NCBI RefSeq assembly: GCF_018977255.1
Contig: NW_024704771.1
Location: 3,844,001-3,908,000, forward strand
Length of the DNA: 64,000 nucleotides
Origin: Callorhinchus milii
Taxonomy: Eukaryota
Reading direction: 5' to 3'
Below, one piece after another: positions 11,521 to 23,433 of this stretch (position 1 is its first letter; each line of letters starts with the position of its first letter). The translations under genes and the position numbers were made by a program. The notes under the pieces were generated by a model. It saw nothing but the letters and a program-made list of their open reading frames with translations, searched no databases and was not told where the DNA came from.

Positions 11521-12773
11521 GATGGCGAGAGAGAGAAGGGGAGATGGGGGTGGAGCAAGAATTAGAAAGAGAGGTGGGTTTAAAGAAAAAATCCGACTCA
11601 TTCAGAACTGTGCCGCCCATGTCCTGACCCGAACCAAACTCCATCCCCACATCTCACCCGTTCCGGGCTTTCACTCCCTGGCACCTCCCTCCCTCCGCGA
11701 CCCCCTCACTCCCCAATCCACCATCCGGCACCACCCCTCGACGGGCAACCGACCACCTGCTCGTGCCTCGCTCCCTCCTCCGCCCCACCATCGGAGGTGG
11801 CGCATCCAGCCACTGCGCCCCGAAGCTTTGGAATACTCTCCCTCACTCCCCATGTCTTGCCCCCCCCCACACCCCCCCACCACCGCCACCACCTCCACCA
11901 AGCTCGGAGTGGGGCTCCACCTCTGTTAAGCGCTCTGTATGGAATGGCGCAAGTCATTATTGTTGTATATTCCTGTATTAACAACAAGGATTAAAATACT
12001 GTTAATGGCTCTATAACCTCAGTGTGTGAGAGAGGGAATATGGGAGAGAGAGATGGAGAGAGGGAGGGAGGGAAAGAGTGTAAGCCAATGAGTGTATGAG
12101 AGATGGAGGGAGTGAGGGAGGGAGTGAGGGTGAGAGGCTATGTGTGAGGGAGAGGTTTGCATCAACTACAGTTTCCGCCATCGAGTTTCCCCGCATCAAT
12201 CCGCTATCGGTTATTTGTTTATAATAAGCCTTATGTTTGATATAGTGTCTTAACACGTTGCTGGGACTCAAAGCGCTTCACAGAATATACTGTAAAGTGG
12301 AGTGACTGTATATTTTGTGGGCAAATTGCGATTCCAGGGAGAAACGTTGAGCAAGTTTCCTTACTCCTCACATCTCTTGTTTACTTCGCGGTAAGTAGGA
12401 ACCCAAGCTAAACTATTCGATTGGTGGATGGCTTTTCCGAGGATAATAATCCCTTCCAAAAAATAAAGGTCAATCAATACGACTGTTTGTGGGACACTGC
12501 TGTGTGTAATTGACTGCTGCGTTTTGCCCACAAAACATACAAACAATTCACTTTACAGTAGATACTCTGTGAAGCGCTTTGAGACGTCTCAAAGAAGTGA
12601 TTAGGCGCAAACTTAAGGATTATTATTATTATAAATGTTACGGTCCCGACTGGTGTGAGTTTTACTGCGCGATCACAAATGTCACAGAAAGATTTTGAAG
12701 TTTACTTGTGATCACTCATATCTGTCTCTAATCACCTTCGCTGTGTTCTAACCAGTTCTAATTTCCTTTAGGA

Positions 12774-15700
12774 ATGTCTGGTGAAATGACGTGGAGACAT
12801 TTTGCTCAGATACTTTGCTTTGTACTTTGCCTCTCGCAGTCTGGTGAGAAAACATATTTTACCGCTTCGATTTTTTGAAAAAAAACATCAATTTCTTTCT
12901 GATTTTCTCCCCGTCCGGCGTCCTCTCGGGGGTATGTTTGCCTTCTCTATCGCCGTGGAGTCCTGTAGTGCAGTGGTTAGTGCGCTCGCCTCGCAAGTGA
13001 GAAGACCGGGTTCGATTCCCTGGTTCGATTCCCAGGTGGGGCAAGTTTCCTTACTCCACATTTCCCTGGAAAGTACTCCAAGCAGGAAGTAAGGAGTGGT
13101 TAGTCGATTGCTGGATCCCTTTCTGTGCGTGTAATAATCCCTTCCAAACAATACACCCCAAAATAATCAATCGATCCACGACTGTTCGTGGGACACCGCT
13201 GTGTGCAATTGGATGCATTTCTCCCACAAAATACACACTTTACAGTGTATCCTGGGAAGCGCTTTGAGGTGTCCCGATAAGGCGCTGTATCAAATGCAAC
13301 GTTATTATTATATTATTATGTTCGAACATTAGCAGCAAGTTTTGGAAGGTTGTGTGTCTCCCCAGTGGTCAGTAATGGGCGCTATAGAGGTGGATTGACC
13401 TAATGACACACAGGTTATCAGCCTGGCTCAGCGGTAGCTCTCACTCCCGAGTCAGAAGGTTGTGCGTTCAAGCCTTGCGATCACGCCACAACCTTCGCAT
13501 GAAATAGCACCTCATCACATCTCAAAGCACTTCGCAGAATATACAGTAAAGTGAATTGACTGTACATTTTGTGGGAGAAGCACGGCAGCCAATTGCGCGC
13601 AGCAGCTTCCCACAAACAGTCGTGGATTCAGTGACCAAGTTATCGTTAGTATTTTTTTTTGGAGGGATTATTGCCCCGGAAAAGCGATCCGCCGGTCGAC
13701 TAACAACCGGGATCCTACTCACTGCTAGGTAAACAGAGGCGCGTGGAGTAAGAACACTTGCCTAAGGTTTTGCCCCGCCTGGGAATAATAAGTCCTCTCG
13801 CTTAGTATTATTGTTGTACGAGACGGTGTGATCGAGCAAATCCTGACTTCTTCCATTGTTTCATTGATTAAGATGAGAAATTCACAGTCATCGGCCCAGC
13901 TCACCCTGTCCAAGGCTTTGCTGGTTCAGAGGTTGTCCTGGACTGTAAGTGCTCCGTAGGCTTGCCGCTGCCGACAGTGGAGGTGAGATGGTTCAGATCA
14001 AGCTTTGCCATCCCCGTGCACCTATTCCAAGACGGACACACTAATGCAAGCAAGCAAGATAAAACCTACAGAGGCAGAACAGAACTGTTTACAGAGGAGT
14101 TTATCAACGGCAACATGTCCCTCAAACTCAAAGACGTGCAGTGGTCAGACAGAGGAGAGTACACCTGTTACATCGATGACAAGCAATCGTATGACGAGGC
14201 AACAATAGAATTACAAGTCCAGAGTAAGTAACATCGTGGAGTCCTGTAGCGTAGTGGTTAGAGCACTCGCAAGCGAGAGGACCCGGTTCCAATTCCCAGG
14301 CAGGGCGAAACGTTTCCTTACTCCTTACTCGATTGGCGGGTCGCTTTTCTGAGGGTAATAATCCCTTCAAAAAATAATAATTTGGTTACTCAACCCACGA
14401 CTGTTTATGGGACGCTACGGTGAATTCAGCATATTTACAGTATATTCAGTGAAGCGCTTTGAGACGTCTCGAAGACGTGATAAGGCGCTATATCAATTGC
14501 AAGGATTATTATTATTATTGTCATTGAAGAGTTGAATTCGTAGCTTCAGACTGTGAAAGAGTTGCGCCGAGTAAATTCTTATGTTCATAAGTTGTTGTTG
14601 AATCATTTCCGCTGCTGTTCCCAACTGTTCGCTCGGTGCACTCACAGTTCTCGGCAGTCAGCCTTGGATTCACATGGAAGGACATGAAGAGAACGGGATT
14701 AAGCTTGTGTGCGAGTCCGAGGGATGGATTCCTGAGCCCGAGGTCTGGTGGGTGGATGGGAACGAACGCAAACTGACAGCACAAACCAAACTAGACACGT
14801 CTCCCGATGGTTTAATCAAGGTCCAGACTTCCTTAAGTGTCACGAAAGATGCCGGCAACAAGTTCAGGTGCCTGTTCATCAATAATTTAACCAAGAAACA
14901 AACAGAAGGAAGAATCCAGATCGCAGGTCAGTCAACGTGTGATGTTGGATCAGTTCAAGATCCTCGTCCTCATCATTAAAGCCCTCCATCTTGGCCTCGC
15001 TCCTCCCTCTCCCTCTGTGACCTCCTAAAACTTCACCAACCTGCCCGCTCCCTCCGCTCAGTAGGCTCCGGCCTGCTCCACGTCTCCCACCCTGCCCGCC
15101 CCACCAGCAGCAGTCGGGCCTTCAGCCATTCTGCCCCCTGCCATCGAGATTAGGTGTCAGCCTGGCTCAGTTGGCAGCACTCGCTAGTCTCTGGGTCAGA
15201 AGGTTGGGGGTTCAAGTTCCATGTCGGGACTTTGAGTCCATACTACAGGCCAGGGTGGTCCAACAGGTGGCCCGCGGGCCGCATCCGGCCCACAGGATGA
15301 TTTAATCCAGCCCACAAACAGTCACGCTGTGTGTCCAGAGCCCAGGTTTAGTTGGATCTCTGTCTGTGTGTGTGTGTGTGTATATCAGTTTTACAGATAA
15401 ATGTACACACACACAGGCAGGGACACAGATATACACAGACTGAGCGAGAGATACACATAGACAGAGAGAGAGCGATACAGAGATACACAGACAGAGAGAG
15501 GAATAGATACAGAGATACACAGACAGAGCGAGGGAGAGATCCAGAGATATTTCCTTACTCAACACACATCTGTTTACCGAGCAGTAAGTAGGAACCTGGT
15601 TGTTAGTCGATTAGTGGATCACTTTCCGGGGGTAATAATCCCTTCAAAAATAAAGGATTTGGTCAGTCAATCCACGACTGCTGTGCACAATTAGCTGCTG

Positions 15701-18700
15701 TATTTCTCCCCCAACTGCACAGTCGCTACGCTTTACGGTATATTCCGTGAAGCGCTTTGAGACGTCTCAAACACGTGATAAGGCACTATATCAAACGCAA
15801 GGATTATTATTATTATTAAATCCTGTGAATGGCTTTGGAACGTCCTCCCAACGTGAAAGACGCCGGGCTAAACGTAAGGATTATTAGTTTTCCGGAGGAG
15901 GAAGTGTCCCCGTGCATTTGGGTAACTCAGGTCGGTGAGAAATACAAAACTGATCCACGTTATTGCTTTTGCTTTTCAGATTATTTTTTCCCCCGTGTCT
16001 CTCTGGGGCTGGTCTTTTGTTTGTTATTCTTCTTCACTTTCCTGGCCGGGTTCTGTGGGTTTTTGGTCTTCATCTGGAAGAAATACCAACAGACTAAAGG
16101 TACGTTCCAATCCGAATCCAGGAACCCCAACCATTCCAGGCCCATTCCTAACTCTGTGATTTCCTCCCCACCACAAGTCATTCCGAGAACCACTTTTGGA
16201 CTCACAGCCGCCTAACGTAGCACTAAGCGTAGTGTAGTGCCTTAGTGTAGTAGTTAGAGTACTCGCCTCGCAAGTCAGAGGACCCGGGTTCGATTTCCAG
16301 GTCGGGTAAAACCTTAGGCAAGTTTCCTTACGTCTCCCATACGTCTCTGTTTATCCAGCAGTAAGTAGGAACCCTGTTGTTAGTCGATTGGCCTATCACT
16401 TTTCCAGGTGTGATCATCCCTTCAATAAATAAATGAATTAATTTTTGAAAAACTCACGACTCTTTGTGGGACGCTGCTGTGCACAATTGACTGCCACGTT
16501 TCATCCACAAAATATACAATCAATCCACTTTACAGAATATCCTGAAGCGCTTTGAGACGTCCCAACGACATGATAAGGAGCTTTATCAAATGCGAGGATT
16601 ATTATTCTGTTATTATGTGACCCACAATTTCTCAACAATAAATGTTGTCGTTCTTTATACCCGGCACCAAACCTACAAGCAAACGATTACACGGAGATTG
16701 GAGTTGGAAGTAGAAGCCGTGTGATTAATACACATTTTATTTTATTTTTACCCAACAGAACTTAATAAAGAACTGGGTAAGTTACACATACAATGTCTCC
16801 TGATTTACCGGCATCTCTGTATCAGCCTCCGCCCCTCAGTCTCTATCAACCTCAACCCCTTAGTCTCTATCAGTCTCCACCCTGTGGTCATGTAGCTTAG
16901 TGGTTAGACCACTCACTTCGCAAGCGAGAGGACCTGGGTTGGATTCCCGGGCGAGGCAAAAAGGTGGGCAAGTTTCCTTACTCCACACGCCTCTGTTTAC
17001 CGAGCAGTAAGTAGGAACCCGGTCGTGAATCAATTGTCGGAGAAAACAATCCCTTCAAAAAAATAACAATAATAATAATTTGATCACTCAATTTGCGACT
17101 GCTTGTGGGACGCTGCTGTGCGCAATCGGCTGCCGCATTTCGACCCCAAAACATTGCAGTCAATTCACTTTTTAGTCTGTGCTGTGAAGCGCTTTGAGAC
17201 ATTTAGAAGACATGATAAGGCGCTATATCATGTGCAAAGGTTATTATTATTATTGTTATTATTATCACTAGACCTCAGTCTCTATCAGTCTCTACCGCTC
17301 AGGATTATTATTATCTGCCTCGTTCTTAGCCATGTAGCCTTATCACCTGTTTGTTTGACTTCTGTTGCAGAGTGGCAGTGGATGTTTGCGTGTGCAGGTA
17401 AGGATCCTTTTACCACAAACGAAACCATGTGTTTAATCTGTCCTTGCCTCTTGTACACAGTTTGTAAACAACCCCCTCCCCATCTAAGTGTGAGCCTGGC
17501 TCAGTGGTAGCCCTCTCGCCTCTGTGTCAGAAGTTTGTGGGTTCAAGCCCCAAGTCGGGACTTGGAATCGCAGTCTAAGCTGATGCTCCGATGCAGCGCT
17601 GGGGGGAGAGTTGCATTTTGTCGGAGGCGTCGTCCTTTGGGTGAGATGTTAAACCGAGGTCTCGTCTGCCTGTTCAGGCAGATGTTAAAGATCTCCCGCG
17701 GCGCTATTCCAAAAGAGAAGGGAGTTTCTCTCTCTCTCCTGGTCATCAATGTGTCCTGGCCAACAATCCAACCCCATTGAGATAACCTTATGTGTCTTTG
17801 AGCTTAGATTATGAATGAATATGGATGAGGGAGGGGAGGGAGGGGAGGGGAGTGGGGTGGGGGGTGGGGGGAGAGGGAGGGAGGGAATGCAAGCAAGCAA
17901 ACAAAAATGGTCACTTAATCAACGACTGTTTGTGGAGTATATGGTGTGAAGCACTTTGAGACGTCTCGAAGACGTGATGAGGCGCTATTATTAATAATAA
18001 TAATCCTTGCATTTGATATCGCGCTTTTCACGTCTTCGAGACGTCTCAAAGCGCTTCGCAGAATATAATGTAAAGTGAGTTGACTGTATATCTTGTGGCC
18101 CAAACGCGGCAGCCAATTGCGTAGAGCAGTCGTGGAATTAGTGACCAATTTCTTTCATTTTTCTTCAAATGCAAGGATTATTATTTCTATTATTAAGAAT
18201 TATTGTCAAGTTAGTGATGTGATTCTCGCTCTAGTTACAGTCAGACTGGATCCTGACACAGCCCATAACAAGCTCGTGCTGTCTGAGGACCTGACCAGTG
18301 TGTCATCTGGAGACAAACATCAACTGTTCCCCGACTCCCCGAAGAGGTTTAGTTACTGGGCCAGTGTCCTGGGATCTGAGGGCTTTTCCTCAGGGAAGCG
18401 CTACTGGGAAGTGCAGGTGGGCAGCAAGACAGAGTGGAGCTTGGGGGTGGCCAGAGAGTCCATTGAGAGGACAGAGGAGATCAAACTATCACCGGAGAAC
18501 GGAATCTGGAGTTTGATCCTGAGAAACGGGAGTGATTATTGGGCCCGTGATAACCCTTGGATCCGCCTGACGGTGAACGAGAAGCCCAGGAAGATCGGAG
18601 TGTTCCTGGACTACGAGGCGGGGAAGGTGTCGTTCTACAACGCTGATAAGATGTCTCACCTCCACACTTTCACTGAGACGTTCACAGAGAGAATGTATCC

Positions 18701-18797
18701 TTATTTCTGCCCCTGGTTTCCCGACGGTGGCAGCAATTCCGAACCGCTGGTAATTTGTCGGGTCAAGAGTAAAGCCGAGAGTTTAAAGCCGTCTTAA
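12774..18797 (+). CDS. Butyrophilin-like gene 2, complete: signal peptide-IgV-IgC-TM-B30.2, 475 aa
   Basis: Exons 12774-12843 ([23 protein letters not shown]), 13873-14223 (IgV: [39 protein letters not shown]), 14648-14926 (IgC: [19 protein letters not shown]), 15980-16099 (DYFFPRV+TM), 16759-16776, 17371-17397, 18235-18797 (B30.2). Sum is 1428 nt = 476 codons with no internal stop; all introns GT-AG, phase 1. Confidence 0.93.
12955..13318 (+). mobile_element. tRNA-derived SINE family 1, full-length (other + copies at about 14236-14520, 16240-16610, 16885-17255, 20320-20670, 24900-25250, 38430-38890, 57040-57455, 62348-62735)
   Basis: Head with A box (TAG[CT]G[TC]AGTGG) and B box (GGTTCGATTCC) resembling tRNA-Val, body TTGGGCAAGTTTCCTTACTCC.., L2-like tail and (TTA)n. 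Confidence 0.85.
15251..15315 (+). mobile_element. hAT (Charlie-type) DNA transposon terminal fragment
   Basis: CAGGGTGGTCCAAC..GGCCCGCGGGCCGCATCCGGCCC resembles the typical hAT-Charlie left end; no other end found. Confidence 0.45.
17488..17775 (+). mobile_element. SINE family 2, DeuSINE/SacSINE1-like (heads also at about 13420, 15156, 35360)
   Basis: Head CAGCCTGGCTCAG..TCAGAAGGTT.TGGGTTCAAG and a Deu-domain-like GGAGGCGTCGTCCTTTGGGTGAGATGTTAAACCGAGG..AAAGATC; family name from recollection. Confidence 0.65.
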
Positions 18798-19394
18798 GTC
18801 ACTGTTAGTCAACTGGTTTTGACCGAGCCAAAGGGATTTCGTCTTCAAACCCCTTCACTCCCTGACCTCTCCCGACCTCCCTGAGCTGCTTACTCAATCC
18901 AACCCACTACCCGCTGCCTCAGCTCGACTGCTGCTGCCTCCTGCTTGTCCCACGTGCCCTCTGCTCCACCATCGATGGCCAAACTTTCAGCTACTTCGCC
19001 TCGATACTCTGGAACACTCTACCTCAATCCCTCCGCCTTGCCCCTTCCTTCCCCGTCTTCAAGTCGCGCCTGAAGACCTTCCTCTTCGAGTGTGCCTATG
19101 GTCACATTCCCCCCCCCCCCATCCCCCTCTACCCCCAGCTCAGCGTCGTGCTACACCACTGCCAAGCGTTCTGAGATGCTACCATTGCGTGAGGAGGTGC
19201 TGCACTAATTTGTAAGTTGTTGTTGTTGTAGCCATGATTGAATAGAATGGCGGAACAGGCTCAAGGGCCTGAATGGCCTCCTACACATATAGATGTGAAT
19301 CTAAAGCAGGAACAGATTTGGGGCTTCATTTACACTGTCTAAAAATTCACTTTGCACTTCCTGTCTCACTCAACACTATACCTGTCCAACTGCA

Positions 19395-19870
19395 ATAGAG
19401 TCACGGAATCTAACAGCATAGAAGGAGGCCATTCGGCCCATCGTGTCTGTGCTGGCTCTTTGAAAGAGCTGTTCAACGAGTCCTACTCCCCCACTCTAAC
19501 CCCATAAGCTATGTACATTTTTCCTTTTGAAGTACCTATCCAATTCCCTGCTATCGAATCTGCTTCCACCACTCTTTCAGGCCATGCGTTCCAGACCATA
19601 ACAACTCCCCGGATAAAAAAATATTTTCTCCTCGACTCCCCTCTGGTTCTTTTGCCAATTATCTTAAATCTGTGTCATGTGGTTACTCACCCACCGGCCG
19701 GAGTAAATTATTTTTTCTTATTTACTCCATCAAAACCCTTAATAATTATGAACACCTCTATTAAGTCTCCCTCCAAAGGGCATCTCTCTGCTCCGATTGA
19801 AGTCCTTGTTCTAAATTTCTTCTGCACCCTCTCCAAAGCCCTGACACCCTTCTCAAACAATCATCACTTG
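19395..19870 (-). mobile_element. CR1-type 3' fragment (related pieces at 25685-25925, 37990-38115, 49770-50040, 61040-61485, 61620-62070)
   Basis: Shared GGAGGCCATTCGGCCC..CTCTTTGAAAGAGC..TCCAATT(C/G)CC motifs typical of the reverse strand of a CR1 3' end. Confidence 0.65.
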
Positions 19871-20989
19871 TTTTAAGCATAACATTAATTTAGCGAAGGG
19901 AGTTTCTCCCTTCCCCATGTCCTGGCCAACACTCCGTATAAAAATTGATCATTCGCTTCAAAATTGCTGTGCAAAAATTGGTTGCTTCCTTTACCTGTAA
20001 AATAGACAACACAGACAATACACTGTATGTTACAGTAACTCCTGTCAACATTTTGAGACGTTTGGACGATGTGATAAGATCACACGATCTGTGTAAAAAG
20101 AAATTTCTGGAGCAAGTCCTGAAATCGCCCTTTGTAACCCTAACCCTCTGGTCTCCTGTCCTATTGTCTTGGTGGTTCCTGACGTGTGGCTCTGGGTTTA
20201 CTCATTGAATGAAGTTTAAATCAAGTTTACCCGCCTGTATAAGGCCTCTCTGAGAGAGACACCTCCTCTCAAGACTGAAGAACCTCAGCTTCTTCCTCTA
20301 ACCTGGAGATGTGGAGCCCTGTAGGTAGTAGTTAGTTGTCTTCAAGCGAGAGGACCCGGGCTTCGATTCCCGGGCAGGGCCAAATCTTCGGCAAGTCTCC
20401 TTAGTCCACAGTAAGTGGACTACCTGGCAGTAAGTAGGGACCCGGTTGTTTGTCGATTGGCGGGTCACTTTCTGTCGGAGGGGTAAGAACCCCTTAAAAA
20501 ATAATAAAAGTTTGTGTGTTCAATTGATGACCACTTACGGGACACTGCTGTGTGCAATTGGCTGCCGTGTGGCGCTGACAAAAGGTACAGTTACTACACG
20601 TTTCAATGTATTCTGTGAAGCGCTTTGAAACGTACCAGTGTCGCGATATCAAATCGCAAGGATTATTATCGTTACGATGGCGGTGCTGATTCACGGTGTC
20701 CGAACTTGAGAGCGGTTTCTCACGAAATCACCGTAAACGTCACAAATGGAACATTTGTGCCCAGAAGTGTATTTTTGTATATTTTTTACATTTGTAAGAA
20801 GCTGTGATGTCGTTCAATATTTGAATTTGCGATACGCCCTTTCCGCGCTCGCTTTGCTTTTTTTAAATAAAACGCGACAAGTTACAACAGTGTTTGTTTC
20901 GCCCACAAAATACGCAGTCACTGCACTTCACAGTATATCCTGGAAACGCTTTGAGAGACGTCTCGAAGACGTGATAAGGCGCTGTACAG

Positions 20990-22525
20990 CCAGACTCATT
21001 TGCTCCCCACCGTCTCTCCCGCCTCACTATACCCTCCATACCTAAGATGAGGCCCACCGCCGGCTGCCTTGACCTCCTCCCCACCCAGTTTGTGGTCAGC
21101 CAACTCCCCCTCCTCCCTCTGCCCACTGCTGACTGACACAATCAACCGTCTCCTCAGGCTCTGTCCTGCTCCCCCTCAAAACCCCTGTCATCAGTCCTCA
21201 ATGCGCCATCCTCCTCCACCGCTTCTCGTGCCTCATCCACCTCAGTGGGACCGCACTCGCATGGTTCGAGTCCTACTTGACTAACCGGCAACAACATATC
21301 TCGACAAACGGTTTCTCCCCTCGCAGGTGCCCGCCCCAGCCCGGTCACCTGCGGGGTAACCCGAGGCTCCATCCATGGCCCCTTTCGTTTCCTCGTTGAC
21401 ACGCTCCCTCCCGGCGATGTCATCCGCAGACAGGGTATCAACTTCCACTTGTGTGTTGGTGACCCAAATCTGCTTCTCCGGCTCCAGCTGCGTTTCTCAG
21501 TCTCCATTGATGTCCCGTCAGCTTGTCATCAAGGCCTGGATGAGCGCAAGTGTCCTGCAGCTGAAAGTCGTCAAGACGGAAGCCATGCTCCTGGGCTCCT
21601 GTCTTCCTTCCTGCTGGTCTGACCTCCTCAACCTCCCCGCGGCTCTCCCTCAAACTCACCAAACTCTTGCGCAATTTAGGCGTCAGGCTCAATCCACAGC
21701 TTTTCCACAGCGCCTTGGGACGTCCTCCCGACGTGAAAGGCGCTCTATAAATGGAATCTTGTGGTGGTTGTTGTTGTTGTTGTTCCTATCTCGCCCACAT
21801 CACTCCTACCCTCGCTCACCTCCACTGGCTCCCCATCCCCCAGAGGATTGATTTCAAGATCCTCATCCTCACCTACAAGGCCATTCACGGCCTTGCTCCC
21901 TCCTACCTCTCCAACCTACTATCCCCCTACCTACCTGCCCGTACCCTCCGTTCCTCTGGCTCCGGTCTGCTCCACGTCCCCCGCCCAACCGCCCTACTAT
22001 CGGTGGTCGGGCCTTCAGCCTCTCAGCCCCGAGGCTCTGGAACTCCATCCCCAGTGCCTTCGCCGCTTCCTCCCTTTCCTCCTTCAAGGCCGGTCTCAAA
22101 ACCTTTCTCTTTGACCGTGCCTTCAGCTCCCCTCTCGACTCTCTACCCCCTCCTCGCTCCCTCCCTCCCCTCCCCTCACCCTGACCATCTCTCCCCCTCC
22201 TCGCCCCTTCCCTTCCTTCCCTCCCCTCACCCTGACCATCTCTCCTCCTCCTCGCTCCTCCCTTCCCTCCCCTCACCCTGACCATTTCCCCCTCCTCGCC
22301 CCCTCCCTTCCCTCCCATCACCCTGACCATCTCTCCCCCTCCTCGCCCCCTCCCTTCCCTCCCATCACCCTGACCATCTCTCCCCCTCCTCGCCCCTTCC
22401 CTTCCCTCCCATCACCCTGACCATTTCCCCCCCCCCAATGCTCGGGTCCCGACCCAACTGTCCAGCGCTTTGGGACATCCTCCCAACGTGAAAGGCGCTC
22501 TATAAATGGAATCTTGTTGTTGTTG
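20990..22525 (+). mobile_element. Stacked L2 fragments (internal RT piece 20990-21700 plus two 3' ends)
   Basis: Decayed RT-like segment, a tail at about 21710-21780, then a [15 protein letters not shown] fragment with an internally repeated CCCTCACCCTGACCAT block and a tail at about 22460-22525. Confidence 0.75.
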
Positions 22526-23433
22526 TCGTCCCGGGCAGATAAAATGAGGTGATGTTCCTTGAACGCGTATACATAATTATATACAAGTCGGTAGTGCATT
22601 GGTTCGAGCGCTCGCCTCGTAAGCGAGAGGCCCGGGGGGGGGCTCGATTCCCTATATCAAACGCAGGGATTATTATTTAATATTTCACATTTATTCTTTT
22701 CCTCACTGGAAATTGCGAGTATAAATATTGCATTAGAAATTAGAACATTTATAATTGAATATTTGCTTAGAAAATTATTCGCTTAAAATATCTTTCGGCC
22801 AAGAATGCGACGAAATGGCTACTCTTGCTACTGGGGACGTTTCAGATTTACTGCCTGGAGTTTCTCAACAGTTGTGCGGCAGTCTCACACTAAATATGCA
22901 GCTCCGGGGGAAGCTCTGTCTCACAAAGTGATTTATTTCACGTGTAGATATTGATAATCATGATATTCCATCTAATTGATGTCGCGCATTGTTGAGACGT
23001 CTCCGAGAGCTTCACAAAATGTACTGCAACGCGGCCGTCAATTGCGCTCAGCAGTGCCGCACAAACAAGTCGTGGGTTGAGTGACCAAATTATTATTTTC
23101 TATGGGAGTATTATCCATGGAAAGTGATCCACCAATTGACTAACAGCCGTGTGTGTTCCAACTCACTGTGTGAGGTACACAGAGGTGTGTGGAGTGAGGA
23201 CACTCGCTCCGCTCCCCCCCCCCCCCACCTCTCCCCGCCGGGGTCCTCTCGCTTGCGAGGCGAGTTCTCTCTAACGACCTTGTTATCCCCCAGTGGAGAC
23301 GGACAAAAAAATGACGTTGTTCTGTACTATGAGGAATAATTATTGTCTTATTTCTCTCCCGTCGCTGCTGACTGACCAGACCCCACCCCCCACCCCGCTA
23401 CCACAAGAGACCGAGGAGGGAGAAGGAGGGTGT

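Noticed and set aside
9264-11558. Low-complexity ORFs (GRSGVSGW and PLS/LCP repeats, up to 352 aa)
   Set aside because: Translations of stop-free minisatellites; no splice or domain evidence.
20700-20725. TTCTCACGAA as a STAT6-type site
   Set aside because: Isolated short match between repeats with no supporting context.
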